A DNA stretch of 64,000 bases from Phycisphaerales bacterium (GTDB lineage Bacteria > Planctomycetota > Phycisphaerae > Phycisphaerales > SM1A02): NCBI GenBank assembly GCA_009691725.1, contig SIAP01000007.1:11689-75688 (forward strand), written 5' to 3'. The notes beneath the pieces were generated by a model. The model saw nothing but the letters and a program-made list of their open reading frames with translations. It was not told the origin of the DNA and did not search any database. The position numbers and the translations under genes were made by a program. Positions 33,686-42,807 of the stretch are shown in pieces. Numbering within the stretch: the stretch's first letter is position 1; every line of letters starts with the position of its first letter.

Positions 33686-35953
33686 TTAGCGACGACCTCT
33701 ACCGCCGCCGCCGCGACCGCCATGACCACCATGACCACCCTGGCCGCCTTCCCGTCGCCCATCGTCACCTTGGCTGGGTTCCGAGCCTTCAGCGCCCACA
33801 AGTGCGGGGTCCGATGGATCCAGCAGTGCCTTGCGACTCAGTTTGATTCGTCCGGTGTCGTCAACGTTAATCACCTTGACCCGCACGGAGTCGCCGATCT
33901 TGAGCACTTCAGAGACGCTTCGCACGAACCCGTGGGCAAGTTCGCTCACGTGCACCATGCCGTCCGTTCCTGGAGCAAGTTCGACAAACGCGCCGAATTC
34001 CTTGATGGAAACGACACGCCCTTCGTAAATCGTCCCGACCTTGATTTCGGCTCCCAGCGCTTCGATCTCAGCACGCGCCTGCGCGGCAGAGGCGGCGTTC
34101 GAGCATGCGATGAAGACTGTTCCGTCTTCTTCGATGTCGATTTGTGCGCCGGTCCGCTCTTGGATGCTCCGAATCATCTTGCCTCCCGGACCGATGACCT
34201 TGCCGATCTTCTCGGGGTCGATCTTGACGATTGTGATGCGTGGGGCGAGCGATGAGATGTCGCCACGCGGCTTGTCGATGACCTTCTCCATCTCTGTGAT
34301 GAGGTGCAATCGACCTTCCTTCGCCTGAGCGAAAATCGTTGTGATCTCATCGATTCCAAGACCTCGCGCCTTGAGATCCAATTGGATTCCTGTGATTCCA
34401 TCGCGCGTTCCAGAGACCTTGAAGTCCATCTCGCCGAAGAAGTCTTCTTCGCCAATGATGTCAGTGACATGGGTCACGCGACCGTCCGAACTCGTGAATC
34501 GACCGACAGAAATGCCAGCGCAGGTTCCCTTGATGGGCACGCCAGCATCCATCAGCGCGAGGCATCCGCCGCAGACGCTCGCCATGCTTGACGAGCCGTT
34601 GCTCTCCGTGATTTCGCTTGTGAGACGGACGGTGTACGGGAAATCCTCTGCGCTGGGCAGAATCGCAAGCAGGGATCGCTCGGCGAGTGCGCCGTGTCCG
34701 ATCTCGCGGCGACCTGGTCCGGTGATGCGCCCAGCCTCACCAGTGCAGAAGGGAGGGAAGTAGTAGTGCAGATAAAACTTCTTGGCGTACTCGGGCATCA
34801 GCCCATCCACGATTTGCTCATCCTTGGTCGTCCCCAGGGTGCAAGTCACGATCGACTGCGTTTCGCCACGCTGGAAGAACGCTGACCCGTGTGTCCGCGG
34901 GAGGAGCGCGACGCTCATGTCAAGCGGTCGGATCTGTCGCAGTGGTCGCCCATCAGCGCGGACACCCTTCTCTGCCACGAGATAGTGTGTGATCTTCTTC
35001 TCAAGCAAACGCAACGACTCCTTGGCTTCGCGCGCACGGCGCTCGGCAGCGAGGTGGTCGGTGTAACTCAAGCCAGCGGGAACTTGGAATGCAGAGTCGA
35101 TCGTCCACTTCTTGACGCGATCGACTTCTGTGTTTCGTGCATGCTTGCCGTGAATCTGACGAGCGGCGAGCAGCGGCTCGTATGCCTTCTCCTTGACGAG
35201 TGCCATCACCTCTGCGGACGGCGCAGTGGATTCGCCGGCACGTTTCGCAGGCGCGCCGCACTTTGTGTGGAGTTCATTGATGAGTTCCAAGATTGGCTTG
35301 ATCCCGTTGTCGTAGCCGAAACGGATCGCAGCAACCATGTCTGCTTCGCATATTTCAGCGGCGCCCACTTCGATCATGTTGATGCCATCGCAATGACCGG
35401 AGAGAACGAGATCGAGGTCGCTGAACTCCATCTGAGCTTGCGTCGGATTGATTACGAAGTGCGGTTGGTCGTCGATGAAGATGCGGCCAACACGAATCGT
35501 TGCCACTGGACCATTGAATGGTGCATCGGAGATGTGCAATGCGGCTGACGCAGCTGAACATCCCAGCACATCCGCGTCGTTTTGTCCGTCGTGCGAGAGC
35601 ACGAGCACTTGCAACTGCACCTCGTCCACGAATCCATCTGGGAAGAGCGGACGAATCGGTCGATCCATCATCCTCATCGTGAGGATTTCCTTCTCACTCG
35701 GTGGCCCTTCCTTCTTGCGGAATCCGCCTGGATACTTGCCCGCAGCGGGGGCCTTCTCGCGATAGTCGCAAGTCAATGGGAAGAAGTCGATTCCCGCTCG
35801 AGGATTTGCACGGACTGCGGTCGCCAAGACAACCGTCTCGCCAAACGAAGCGAGAACCGCTCCGCTTGCCAACTTGGCAATCTTGCCCGTCTCGAGTCGG
35901 AGGATTCGTCCGCCGATTTCGCGTTCAACGCTGATGTGTGGTCGTGATGTCAT
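33686..35953 (-). CDS. pnp: polyribonucleotide nucleotidyltransferase (PNPase) with a Gly/Arg-rich C-terminal tail
   Basis: 755-aa ORF. Two RNase PH-like domains (FFGEMDFKVSGTRDGITGIQLDLK), a KH domain (GPGGKMIRSIQERTGA) and an S1 domain (GTIYEGRVVSIKEFGAFVEL). Tail GGQGGHGGHGGRGGGGRGRR. Confidence 0.97.
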   Translation of the reverse strand: MTSRPHISVEREIGGRILRLETGKIAKLASGAVLASFGETVVLATAVRANPRAGIDFFPLTCDYREKAPAAGKYPGGFRKKEGPPSEKEILTMRMMDRPIRPLFPDGFVDEVQLQVLVLSHDGQNDADVLGCSAASAALHISDAPFNGPVATIRVGRIFIDDQPHFVINPTQAQMEFSDLDLVLSGHCDGINMIEVGAAEICEADMVAAIRFGYDNGIKPILELINELHTKCGAPAKRAGESTAPSAEVMALVKEKAYEPLLAARQIHGKHARNTEVDRVKKWTIDSAFQVPAGLSYTDHLAAERRAREAKESLRLLEKKITHYLVAEKGVRADGRPLRQIRPLDMSVALLPRTHGSAFFQRGETQSIVTCTLGTTKDEQIVDGLMPEYAKKFYLHYYFPPFCTGEAGRITGPGRREIGHGALAERSLLAILPSAEDFPYTVRLTSEITESNGSSSMASVCGGCLALMDAGVPIKGTCAGISVGRFTSSDGRVTHVTDIIGEEDFFGEMDFKVSGTRDGITGIQLDLKARGLGIDEITTIFAQAKEGRLHLITEMEKVIDKPRGDISSLAPRITIVKIDPEKIGKVIGPGGKMIRSIQERTGAQIDIEEDGTVFIACSNAASAAQARAEIEALGAEIKVGTIYEGRVVSIKEFGAFVELAPGTDGMVHVSELAHGFVRSVSEVLKIGDSVRVKVINVDDTGRIKLSRKALLDPSDPALVGAEGSEPSQGDDGRREGGQGGHGGHGGRGGGGRGRR

Positions 35954-36099
35954 TTCGATACCTTTCTAAACGAGGTGATGTCGTCGCGTCAATGAACTCA
36001 TTGGAGATGCGACCGGATGAAAACCCCGATGAAGGCAGAGGCCAAACCGCGCGCGTTGCGGGCTGCGAATTGGCGACTGCCCTCGCGGGGCGGGGAAAG

Positions 36100-36366
36100 T
36101 TACTTGCGCAGACCGAGTTTCTTGATGAGTGCCGCATACGCTTCGCGTCTGGTGTCGGCGAGGTAGCGCAGCAGGCGATTTCGCTTGCTGACCATGAGGA
36201 GGAGACCGCGGCGCCCTGCGTGATCCTTGGCGTGGGACTTGAAATGTCCCTGGAGCGAATTGATTCGCTCAGTCAGAATTGCAATCTGGACTTCGGTTGA
36301 TCCACAGTCCTTTGCATGGTGGCGGTTTGCCGCAATCACGGTTGCTTTGTCAAGTGTTGAAATCAT
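36100..36366 (-). CDS. rpsO: 30S ribosomal protein S15
   Basis: [48 protein letters not shown]. Start at internal ATG 36366. Classical rpsO-pnp arrangement. Confidence 0.95.
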   Translation of the reverse strand: MISTLDKATVIAANRHHAKDCGSTEVQIAILTERINSLQGHFKSHAKDHAGRRGLLLMVSKRNRLLRYLADTRREAYAALIKKLGLRK

Positions 36367-36553
36367 GATTTTCTTTCGATGGTCGCCCGTCACGAGCGAC
36401 TGTTTTTGATCCTTGAATTTGAGCCACGAAGACTACCAAGCGGGCCACAATCGGTCAACGGATGCGGCTGGACTCGGCAGATTTCGCCCGATAATTCGTG
36501 CGAAGACCGAACGAATCCTGTTCGGCGTAGGCCGTCCAAACTATCCTCGCCTC

Positions 36554-38191
36554 ATGATGACTGCGATGGATGGTTTGAGAGCTGCCACCGATGAATTCGT
36601 CGTTCTTGGTGCGAAGATCGAACAAGGAGGTGGTGTCAGCGGAATTGAGCGGCAACATCGTCACGGGCGGCTGACTGCGCGCGAGCGAATTGGGTTGCTC
36701 TTGGATCCCAATACCCCTTCCTGCGAGTGCGGTCTGATGGCGGGGTGGAACATGTACCGCGAGTATGGCGGGGCTCCGGGCGCGGGAGTTGTCACCACCA
36801 TTGGCGAGATCGAAGGGCGACTCTGCATGGTGATCGCCAATGATGCCACGGTGAAAGCAGGGGCGTTTTTTCCGATGACCTGCAAGAAGATCATTCGTGC
36901 GCAAGAGATTGCCCAGCGCGCTCGGTTGCCACTGGTGTATCTCGTGGATAGTGCTGGGGTTTTCCTGCCGCTCCAAGAGGATGTCTTTCCAGACACCGAT
37001 GATTTCGGGCGGATCTTCCGGAACAATGCCGTCATCTCGGCGGCTGGGATTCCACAGTACGCCGCAATCATGGGCAATTGCGTGGCGGGTGGTGGATATC
37101 TGCCAGTGTTGTGCGACACCATCTTGATGACGGAGGGAAGTGGTCTGTACTTGGCGGGCCCTGCACTCGTGAAGGCTGCGATCGGGCAGGAGGTATCAAG
37201 CGAGGAGCTGGGCGGCGCGTCCATGCACGCACACATCTCGGGCACGATCGATTTTCACGAGAAGGATGACCCGACATGCATCACACGCATTCGTCGGCTG
37301 ATGCTGATGAATGCGTCGTCATCGAAAGCGAGCACTCCGCCAGTCGAACCATCGGATGCTGAAAGATCCGCGGATGATGTGTATCGAGTCTTCCGAAACG
37401 AGGTGGGGTCACAATACGACATGCGTGATCTCGTGAAGTGCTTTGCTGACCGCGGGTCCCTCGACGAATACCGAGCAGACTTCGGCCCGTCGTTGGTGTG
37501 CATGTACGCGCGAATCGGAGGATTTCCTGTCGGGATTGTGGCGAATCAGCGAGTGCTCACCGAACGCCAGCAACCGGGCGGCAAGGTCGGTCCAGCGATC
37601 TCGAAGTGCATGCCAGCGGTGATCTACGACGACAGCGCTGACAAGGCTGCGCGGTTCATCATGGATGTGAATCAACGGAAGATCCCACTGCTCTTCATCC
37701 ATGACACGACTGGTTTCATGGTTGGACGAGATAGCGAGCAGGGAGGGATCATCCGCAGCGGCGCAAAGATGGTCAACGCAATGAGCAACTCGGTGGTGCC
37801 CAAGCTTGTGTTGATCGCAGGAAACTCATACGGTGCTGGGAATTATGCGATGTGTGGACGGGCATTCGACCCCTTTCTCACGCTTGCATGGCCCGGAGCG
37901 CGGTGCGCGGTGATGGGTGCAGCCCAAGCGGCCAACACGCTGCTGCAGATAGATCTCACAGCGCGGGAGCGCAAGGGTGAGCCGATCGACGATGCGACTC
38001 GGGCGCAATTGCTTGATGCGATCACTGCGTCCTATCGGGAGCAGCAAGACATTCGTTATGCGGCGAGCAGAGGTTGGATCGATCGGATGATCCAACCCCA
38101 TCAAACGCGCAGCGAATTGATCATCGCGTTGCGCGTTGCGGCGCAAGCGCCCGTGGCAGGGACATTTCACACAGGGGTGCTGCAAACATAG
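36554..38191 (+). CDS. acyl-CoA carboxylase carboxyltransferase (beta) subunit, PccB/MccB-like
   Basis: GGGVSGIERQHRHGRLTARERIGLLLDP N-terminal signature and duplicated crotonase-like CT domains. Start at ATG 36554. Confidence 0.9.
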   Translation: MMTAMDGLRAATDEFVVLGAKIEQGGGVSGIERQHRHGRLTARERIGLLLDPNTPSCECGLMAGWNMYREYGGAPGAGVVTTIGEIEGRLCMVIANDATVKAGAFFPMTCKKIIRAQEIAQRARLPLVYLVDSAGVFLPLQEDVFPDTDDFGRIFRNNAVISAAGIPQYAAIMGNCVAGGGYLPVLCDTILMTEGSGLYLAGPALVKAAIGQEVSSEELGGASMHAHISGTIDFHEKDDPTCITRIRRLMLMNASSSKASTPPVEPSDAERSADDVYRVFRNEVGSQYDMRDLVKCFADRGSLDEYRADFGPSLVCMYARIGGFPVGIVANQRVLTERQQPGGKVGPAISKCMPAVIYDDSADKAARFIMDVNQRKIPLLFIHDTTGFMVGRDSEQGGIIRSGAKMVNAMSNSVVPKLVLIAGNSYGAGNYAMCGRAFDPFLTLAWPGARCAVMGAAQAANTLLQIDLTARERKGEPIDDATRAQLLDAITASYREQQDIRYAASRGWIDRMIQPHQTRSELIIALRVAAQAPVAGTFHTGVLQT

Positions 38192-38212
38192 CCGCGCTCC
38201 TGTTTCGCCCTC

Positions 38213-38845
38213 ATGTTGCATGCTCGAGAAATTGTCATTGCCACTGGGAATCTGCACAAGGTTGCAGAGGTTCGTGCGATCATGGCGCAGGCAGGCTGGA
38301 CGGTGTTGGCGCTCTCCCAAGTCGGCGCTGGAGATCTCGCAGAACCGATCGAGGACGGGACGACGTTTGCTGAAAATGCACGGATCAAGGCCACCGAATA
38401 TGCACGGGTCATTGGTCGAATTGTGCTTGCTGATGACTCAGGACTTTCAGTGGATGCGCTTGGAGGAAGCCCAGGCATCTTCAGCGCGAGATGGGCTGGC
38501 ACTGGTGACACTCGCGAATCACGCGATCACGCGAATAACGAGAAGTTGCAGCGCGAACTCGGCGCGAAGGCGGGTTCGGATCGGAGTGCTCGGTTCGTAT
38601 GCGCGATGTGCTTGGCTGACGCCGATGGAACTGTGCTCGCGGAGACGATCGGTGAATTCCATGGGCTGATCGCACACGCCCCGCGCGGTCACAACGGGTT
38701 CGGATACGACCCATACTTCATCGTGGATTCGAGTGGGCGCACCAGCGCGGAACTCTCTTCCGATGAGAAGAACGCACGCAGTCACCGCGGCTGCGCGGTT
38801 CGTGCGATGGTGAAACTCTTGGCTCATCTGCGATCACTATCCTGA
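38213..38845 (+). CDS. rdgB: non-canonical purine NTP pyrophosphatase (RdgB/HAM1 family)
   Basis: IVIATGNLHKVAEV, DDSGLSVDALGGSPGIFSARWAG, GFGYDPYF and KNARSHRG motifs. Confidence 0.9.
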   Translation: MLHAREIVIATGNLHKVAEVRAIMAQAGWTVLALSQVGAGDLAEPIEDGTTFAENARIKATEYARVIGRIVLADDSGLSVDALGGSPGIFSARWAGTGDTRESRDHANNEKLQRELGAKAGSDRSARFVCAMCLADADGTVLAETIGEFHGLIAHAPRGHNGFGYDPYFIVDSSGRTSAELSSDEKNARSHRGCAVRAMVKLLAHLRSLS

Positions 38846-38849
38846 ACTG

Positions 38850-40118
38850 GTGCCGATTTCGCTCCCCATCCTGCCTCTGGCGACTCCGGGTCAGAGATAC
38901 TCGTGTCATGGGTGCGGAAACTGTTGCCGCGATTTCACTGTGCAACTTCGCGACGCGGATGTGGTGCGATTGCACGCGCAGGGGTGGGAGGCACGAATCG
39001 GATGTGATCCCATTGTGCGATTTCGAGGAAAGCGATACTTGCGACAACGCGAAGATGGGGCGTGCATTTTCCTCCTCGCCGATGGTCGATGCCAAGTCCA
39101 CGGTGAGTTTGGCTTCGAGGCGAAACCGATCGCCTGTCAACTCTTTCCGTACATGCTCGCACCGACCGAGTCGACAAGCCAGATGGGCGTGAGTTTTGCC
39201 TGCCAAAGCGTCGTCGAGAATCGTGGAAAACTGCTGTGCGATCAAACCGCCGATGCGCTGCGCATCGCGTTGCGCGGCGTTTCTGAAGTCGTGCGGCCAG
39301 CGAGAGCCGCACCGCTCGCGCGCGGTCGTGCAGCAGAGCCCAACGAGGTGGAGTCGCTGACCAGACATCTCGTTGGATGGATCGCTCGCGATGCACCGCT
39401 GAGTGAACGGCTTGATGGACTGGCGTGGATGTCGCAAACGCTCGCAAGCGCACGCCTGGGCGGGGTGAGGGGGACGAGATTCATTGAGCTTCTTGACCTG
39501 CTCTTCGGATCGCTTGCAGGTGAGCTGCCCCACCATCCATTGGCGACTGCGACGCCGCGGCAAGTGTCGCTTTTTCAGAACGCAATTTTTGCACGGACCG
39601 AGGATCCAAAGCCGATCGCTCACGGTGCGCCAGGACGAGTGGTGTCCACCATCAGCCAGTTGCGGCGAAGTCGCGCGTGGCGTCGCGGTCGCGATGCGAT
39701 GAGTGTTCCATCAATTGGAGTTGGATGGCCCATCGCGGTCACGTTCGACGGAGTGGCTCATGTTGATCGAATACGAGCATCGACCGAGCGGGTGGAATGC
39801 GACGAACTTCTCTCTCGATGGTTGAGGACATCGATCGAGGGAGGTCGGGTGTGGGGATCCAGTTACTACGGGTGGTCGGTGATTGACGGACTTTGCGCCC
39901 TGACGCTTTCCGCAGCAGCCGTTGGATGGCTTGCACGGTTTCATGCGGCGGGGTCTTCGCGCGAACGACCTGGGTTGGTTGATGTGCAGGCCGCTGTCGG
40001 TCGGATCGACCGCAGTGCGGGGCGAGCAGTTTGGCTTGGTGGCTGGTCAGAGAGGATGCGCATGGCGTACCTCATCGAACAGAATGGATTACGCCGAATT
40101 GTCGCAGCGCAGTACTAA
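38850..40118 (+). CDS. YkgJ-type CxxCxxCC cysteine-cluster protein with a long C-terminal extension
   Basis: N-terminal YSCHGCGNCCRDF plus DGACIFLL-DGRCQVH...ACQLFPY, the UPF0153 pattern. About 300 further residues have no motif I recognise. Confidence 0.6.
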   Translation: MPISLPILPLATPGQRYSCHGCGNCCRDFTVQLRDADVVRLHAQGWEARIGCDPIVRFRGKRYLRQREDGACIFLLADGRCQVHGEFGFEAKPIACQLFPYMLAPTESTSQMGVSFACQSVVENRGKLLCDQTADALRIALRGVSEVVRPARAAPLARGRAAEPNEVESLTRHLVGWIARDAPLSERLDGLAWMSQTLASARLGGVRGTRFIELLDLLFGSLAGELPHHPLATATPRQVSLFQNAIFARTEDPKPIAHGAPGRVVSTISQLRRSRAWRRGRDAMSVPSIGVGWPIAVTFDGVAHVDRIRASTERVECDELLSRWLRTSIEGGRVWGSSYYGWSVIDGLCALTLSAAAVGWLARFHAAGSSRERPGLVDVQAAVGRIDRSAGRAVWLGGWSERMRMAYLIEQNGLRRIVAAQY

Positions 40119-41134
40119 CTGAGCAGAGTCGGCGCGCGTGCCGCACCTTTGAGCATGCGTCGTGTCATCCAGATAGACAGTGGGATTCCTCCCAAGAGCG
40201 CAGCGATCGCTTCGCCGGCAGAATCGATGATCGACAATTGGACGAAGGCGGCGTCGATTCCAGAATCGAAACCTCGCGCGATCAGGAGTTGCGCGAAGAG
40301 CGCGAATCCGGCTTCACGGAATCCAAGTCGCCCGAGTGGACCGAGGCTCGCGAGGAGTCCGGCGCACGCCAATGCGAATCCATCCGCGAGATCGAGTTCG
40401 ATTCCCAACATCTTGGCAGCGAGGATCGTTCGCAGGCCATTGAATGCGAGGTCGATGCAGCGCAGGGGGACGCAGATCAGGAGCGAGCGAGCATCACCAG
40501 TGATTCTGGCAGTCTCACGAAATCGCTGTGGGATCCAGTGATGGCGGGACATCCACCACAGAACGTAACAGAGGAGTGCAGTCAGTCCAATCGCCAAAGC
40601 CCCCCAGAGCCAACCAAACGAGCGTGTGATGAGCGTCGCGCCCAGGACGCCACCGATCGGAAGAAGGAACGTCATCAAATCCAAGGCAAACCACGGGACG
40701 ATTTCACTGAATCGCAGTTGATCAACCCTCATGTGATAGGTAATGCGCGCGATCATCCCCATCCGAAGCGGTGCGAAGTTTGCCAGTGTGCAGACCCAAT
40801 TCACTCCGATGAGTGGGAAGAAACTGGGCAGTGAGGGAGTGCGGGGTTGTCCACGCAGGGACGTGCGCGGCCGCACGGGCTCGAGGGTCAATCGAAAGAG
40901 CACGCCATTGAGGATGATGCTCGCGATGCTCGCCGCAACGACACCGCAGACGAGGAGCACATTCTTGGGATCCCGCACTCGAGACCAGTCTCCTTCGGAG
41001 AGTGCGACTTGCACACACCACCCGAGGATTGCCAGACCGATGAAGTATCCAACGGTTTGCAAAACCTTGGACCGACGCGACATCTTTGGGAGGCCGTCGG
41101 TCGGCAGAGTCTGTGCGCCATCCGTGGCCGTCAT
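40115..41134 (-). CDS. polytopic membrane protein, UPF0104 / lysyl-PG-synthase-TM-like (tentative)
   Basis: 339-aa ORF with about 8 hydrophobic segments. It follows floA by 23 nt on the same strand. Confidence 0.45.
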   Translation of the reverse strand: MTATDGAQTLPTDGLPKMSRRSKVLQTVGYFIGLAILGWCVQVALSEGDWSRVRDPKNVLLVCGVVAASIASIILNGVLFRLTLEPVRPRTSLRGQPRTPSLPSFFPLIGVNWVCTLANFAPLRMGMIARITYHMRVDQLRFSEIVPWFALDLMTFLLPIGGVLGATLITRSFGWLWGALAIGLTALLCYVLWWMSRHHWIPQRFRETARITGDARSLLICVPLRCIDLAFNGLRTILAAKMLGIELDLADGFALACAGLLASLGPLGRLGFREAGFALFAQLLIARGFDSGIDAAFVQLSIIDSAGEAIAALLGGIPLSIWMTRRMLKGAARAPTLLS

Positions 41135-41157
41135 GTGATGATCACGAAGTTCCGTTG

Positions 41158-42171
41158 TTATGACGGATGCTTGCCCAAAGCCGATCGCATATCCGTGTCT
41201 GCGTTCATGTTCTTCATTCGATAATAGTCCATCACGCCGAGATGCCCGTTGCGGAACGACTCCGCTATCGCTCGAGGGATTTCTGCCTCTGCCAAGATCA
41301 CGATGGCGCGATTCTTCTGCGCCTCAGCCAAATGTTCGGCTTCCTGTGCGACTGCCAACGCGCGCCGTTGCTCTGCTTGTGCCTGAAATCGTTTGGTGTC
41401 AGCCTCTGCCTGTGCAGCTTGCAATTGCGCTCCGATATTCTCGCCGACATCGACATCTGCGATGTCGATCGACAGAATCTCGAATGCCGTGCCCGAATCC
41501 AGTCCCTTTGCGAGGACCGTCTTTGAAATGCGATCTGGATTTTCGAGCACGCTCTTGTGATCGAGTGCCGATCCAATCGTCGAAATGATGCCCTCGCCCA
41601 CACGAGCGATGATCGTCTCCTCTGTCGCACCACCAACGAGTCGCGAGATGTTTGTTCGGACAGTCACGCGCGCCTTGGCGCGAAGCTGAATTCCATCCTT
41701 CGCGACTGCGTCGATCGTCTGCTTGCCCGAAGCCGGATTCGGGCAATCGATCACCTTGGGCATGACTGAGGTATTCACCGCATCAACAATGTCCCGTCCC
41801 GCAAGGTCAATCGCAACAGCGCGATCCCAAGGCAGGTCGATTCCAGCCTTCTCCGCAGCGATCATTGCACGAACGACATTTGTGACGCGACCACCAGCGA
41901 GGAAATGCGCCTCCATGCTTTGGGTGCTGATCTCGAGTCCCGTCTTCTTTGCGCTGATTCGATTCAGCACGATGAGCGACGGGTCAACCTTGCGCAACCG
42001 CATCATGATGAGATCGAGGAGGCTGACAGATGCGCCACTGAGCCAGGCTTGCAACCAGAGTTGGACATACTGACCGACGATGAGCAGCAGCACGAGTCCG
42101 ACGACCGCCACCACTGCCAGACCGACCCAAGCCCATGCTTCCATTGCAAGAATTATTGGGGAATTCGACAT
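41158..42171 (-). CDS. floA: flotillin-like protein FloA (UPF0365/YqfA family)
   Basis: N-terminal TM followed by [53 protein letters not shown] and a coiled-coil [19 protein letters not shown]. Confidence 0.88.
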   Translation of the reverse strand: MSNSPIILAMEAWAWVGLAVVAVVGLVLLLIVGQYVQLWLQAWLSGASVSLLDLIMMRLRKVDPSLIVLNRISAKKTGLEISTQSMEAHFLAGGRVTNVVRAMIAAEKAGIDLPWDRAVAIDLAGRDIVDAVNTSVMPKVIDCPNPASGKQTIDAVAKDGIQLRAKARVTVRTNISRLVGGATEETIIARVGEGIISTIGSALDHKSVLENPDRISKTVLAKGLDSGTAFEILSIDIADVDVGENIGAQLQAAQAEADTKRFQAQAEQRRALAVAQEAEHLAEAQKNRAIVILAEAEIPRAIAESFRNGHLGVMDYYRMKNMNADTDMRSALGKHPS

Positions 42172-42180
42172 ACGGCGATC

Positions 42181-42807
42181 CTACCGCGAACCTTCACTGC
42201 CCTCGGAGTGCGCTCCCTGTTCCTCCCGAACTCGGAGTTGGCCATCGAGTGTGTCGATGACCACGACGCTCGCTCCTTGGCGAATGAACCCACTCTCCGC
42301 AACGCACTCGATGCGGGATTCATCAATGCGGATGAACCCCACCGGGCGCAGCGTGGTGGTGGCCGTGCCTTTGCGCCCGACAAGCTTGGCGAGTTGGCGG
42401 GCGGTCGCAGATGCTGCGGATCCGGTGGATGCGACCGATGGGTTCATGTGACCCTCTTCTCCATCATCCGCACGATGTCGCTTGCCATCGGCGTCTTCTG
42501 TCAGGATCATTCGCTTTGCGATGGGAGTCTTCGACCACACTTTGAACACCAAGATGAGCACAACGGGACTCCCCGCGCAGAGCGCGGCAAGATAGATGCC
42601 GCCCCATGTCACATCGAATGCAAACATGGAGGCGACTGACGCAACCGCGCTGACGCCGGTGAGTATGGAGAGCACTCCAGCAGACGGAATGAAGAGCTCT
42701 AGAAGAAGGAGGGCGACGGCGAGCCCAAGCAAACCGATGGAGACGACGAGGTAGATTTCCTCGCGCCCTGCTGCAGCGGTGGATTGTGCGAGGAAGGCAT
42801 GCATCAT
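42181..42807 (-). CDS. NfeD family membrane protein (short form with C-terminal OB domain)
   Basis: 208-aa ORF. Three N-terminal TM segments and a C-terminal beta domain (GRKGTATTTLRPVGFIRID...VVVIDTLDGQLRV). Located upstream of floA. Confidence 0.7.
   Translation of the reverse strand: MMHAFLAQSTAAAGREEIYLVVSIGLLGLAVALLLLELFIPSAGVLSILTGVSAVASVASMFAFDVTWGGIYLAALCAGSPVVLILVFKVWSKTPIAKRMILTEDADGKRHRADDGEEGHMNPSVASTGSAASATARQLAKLVGRKGTATTTLRPVGFIRIDESRIECVAESGFIRQGASVVVIDTLDGQLRVREEQGAHSEGSEGSR

Noticed and set aside
35954-36099. A specific autoregulatory RNase III hairpin in the rpsO-pnp intergenic region, as in E. coli
   Set aside because: Only short imperfect stems are visible by eye, so I could not define a convincing long hairpin. 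The element is expected from the E. coli paradigm but is not demonstrated here.
38718-39623. 301-aa minus-strand ORF opposite the YkgJ-like gene
   Set aside because: No motif and Arg-rich antisense composition. The plus strand has the CxxCxxCC cluster.
40031-40834. 267-aa plus-strand ORF opposite the UPF0104-like membrane protein
   Set aside because: The minus-strand frame gives a coherent polytopic membrane protein in an operon with floA. The plus-strand product is a charged low-complexity artefact.
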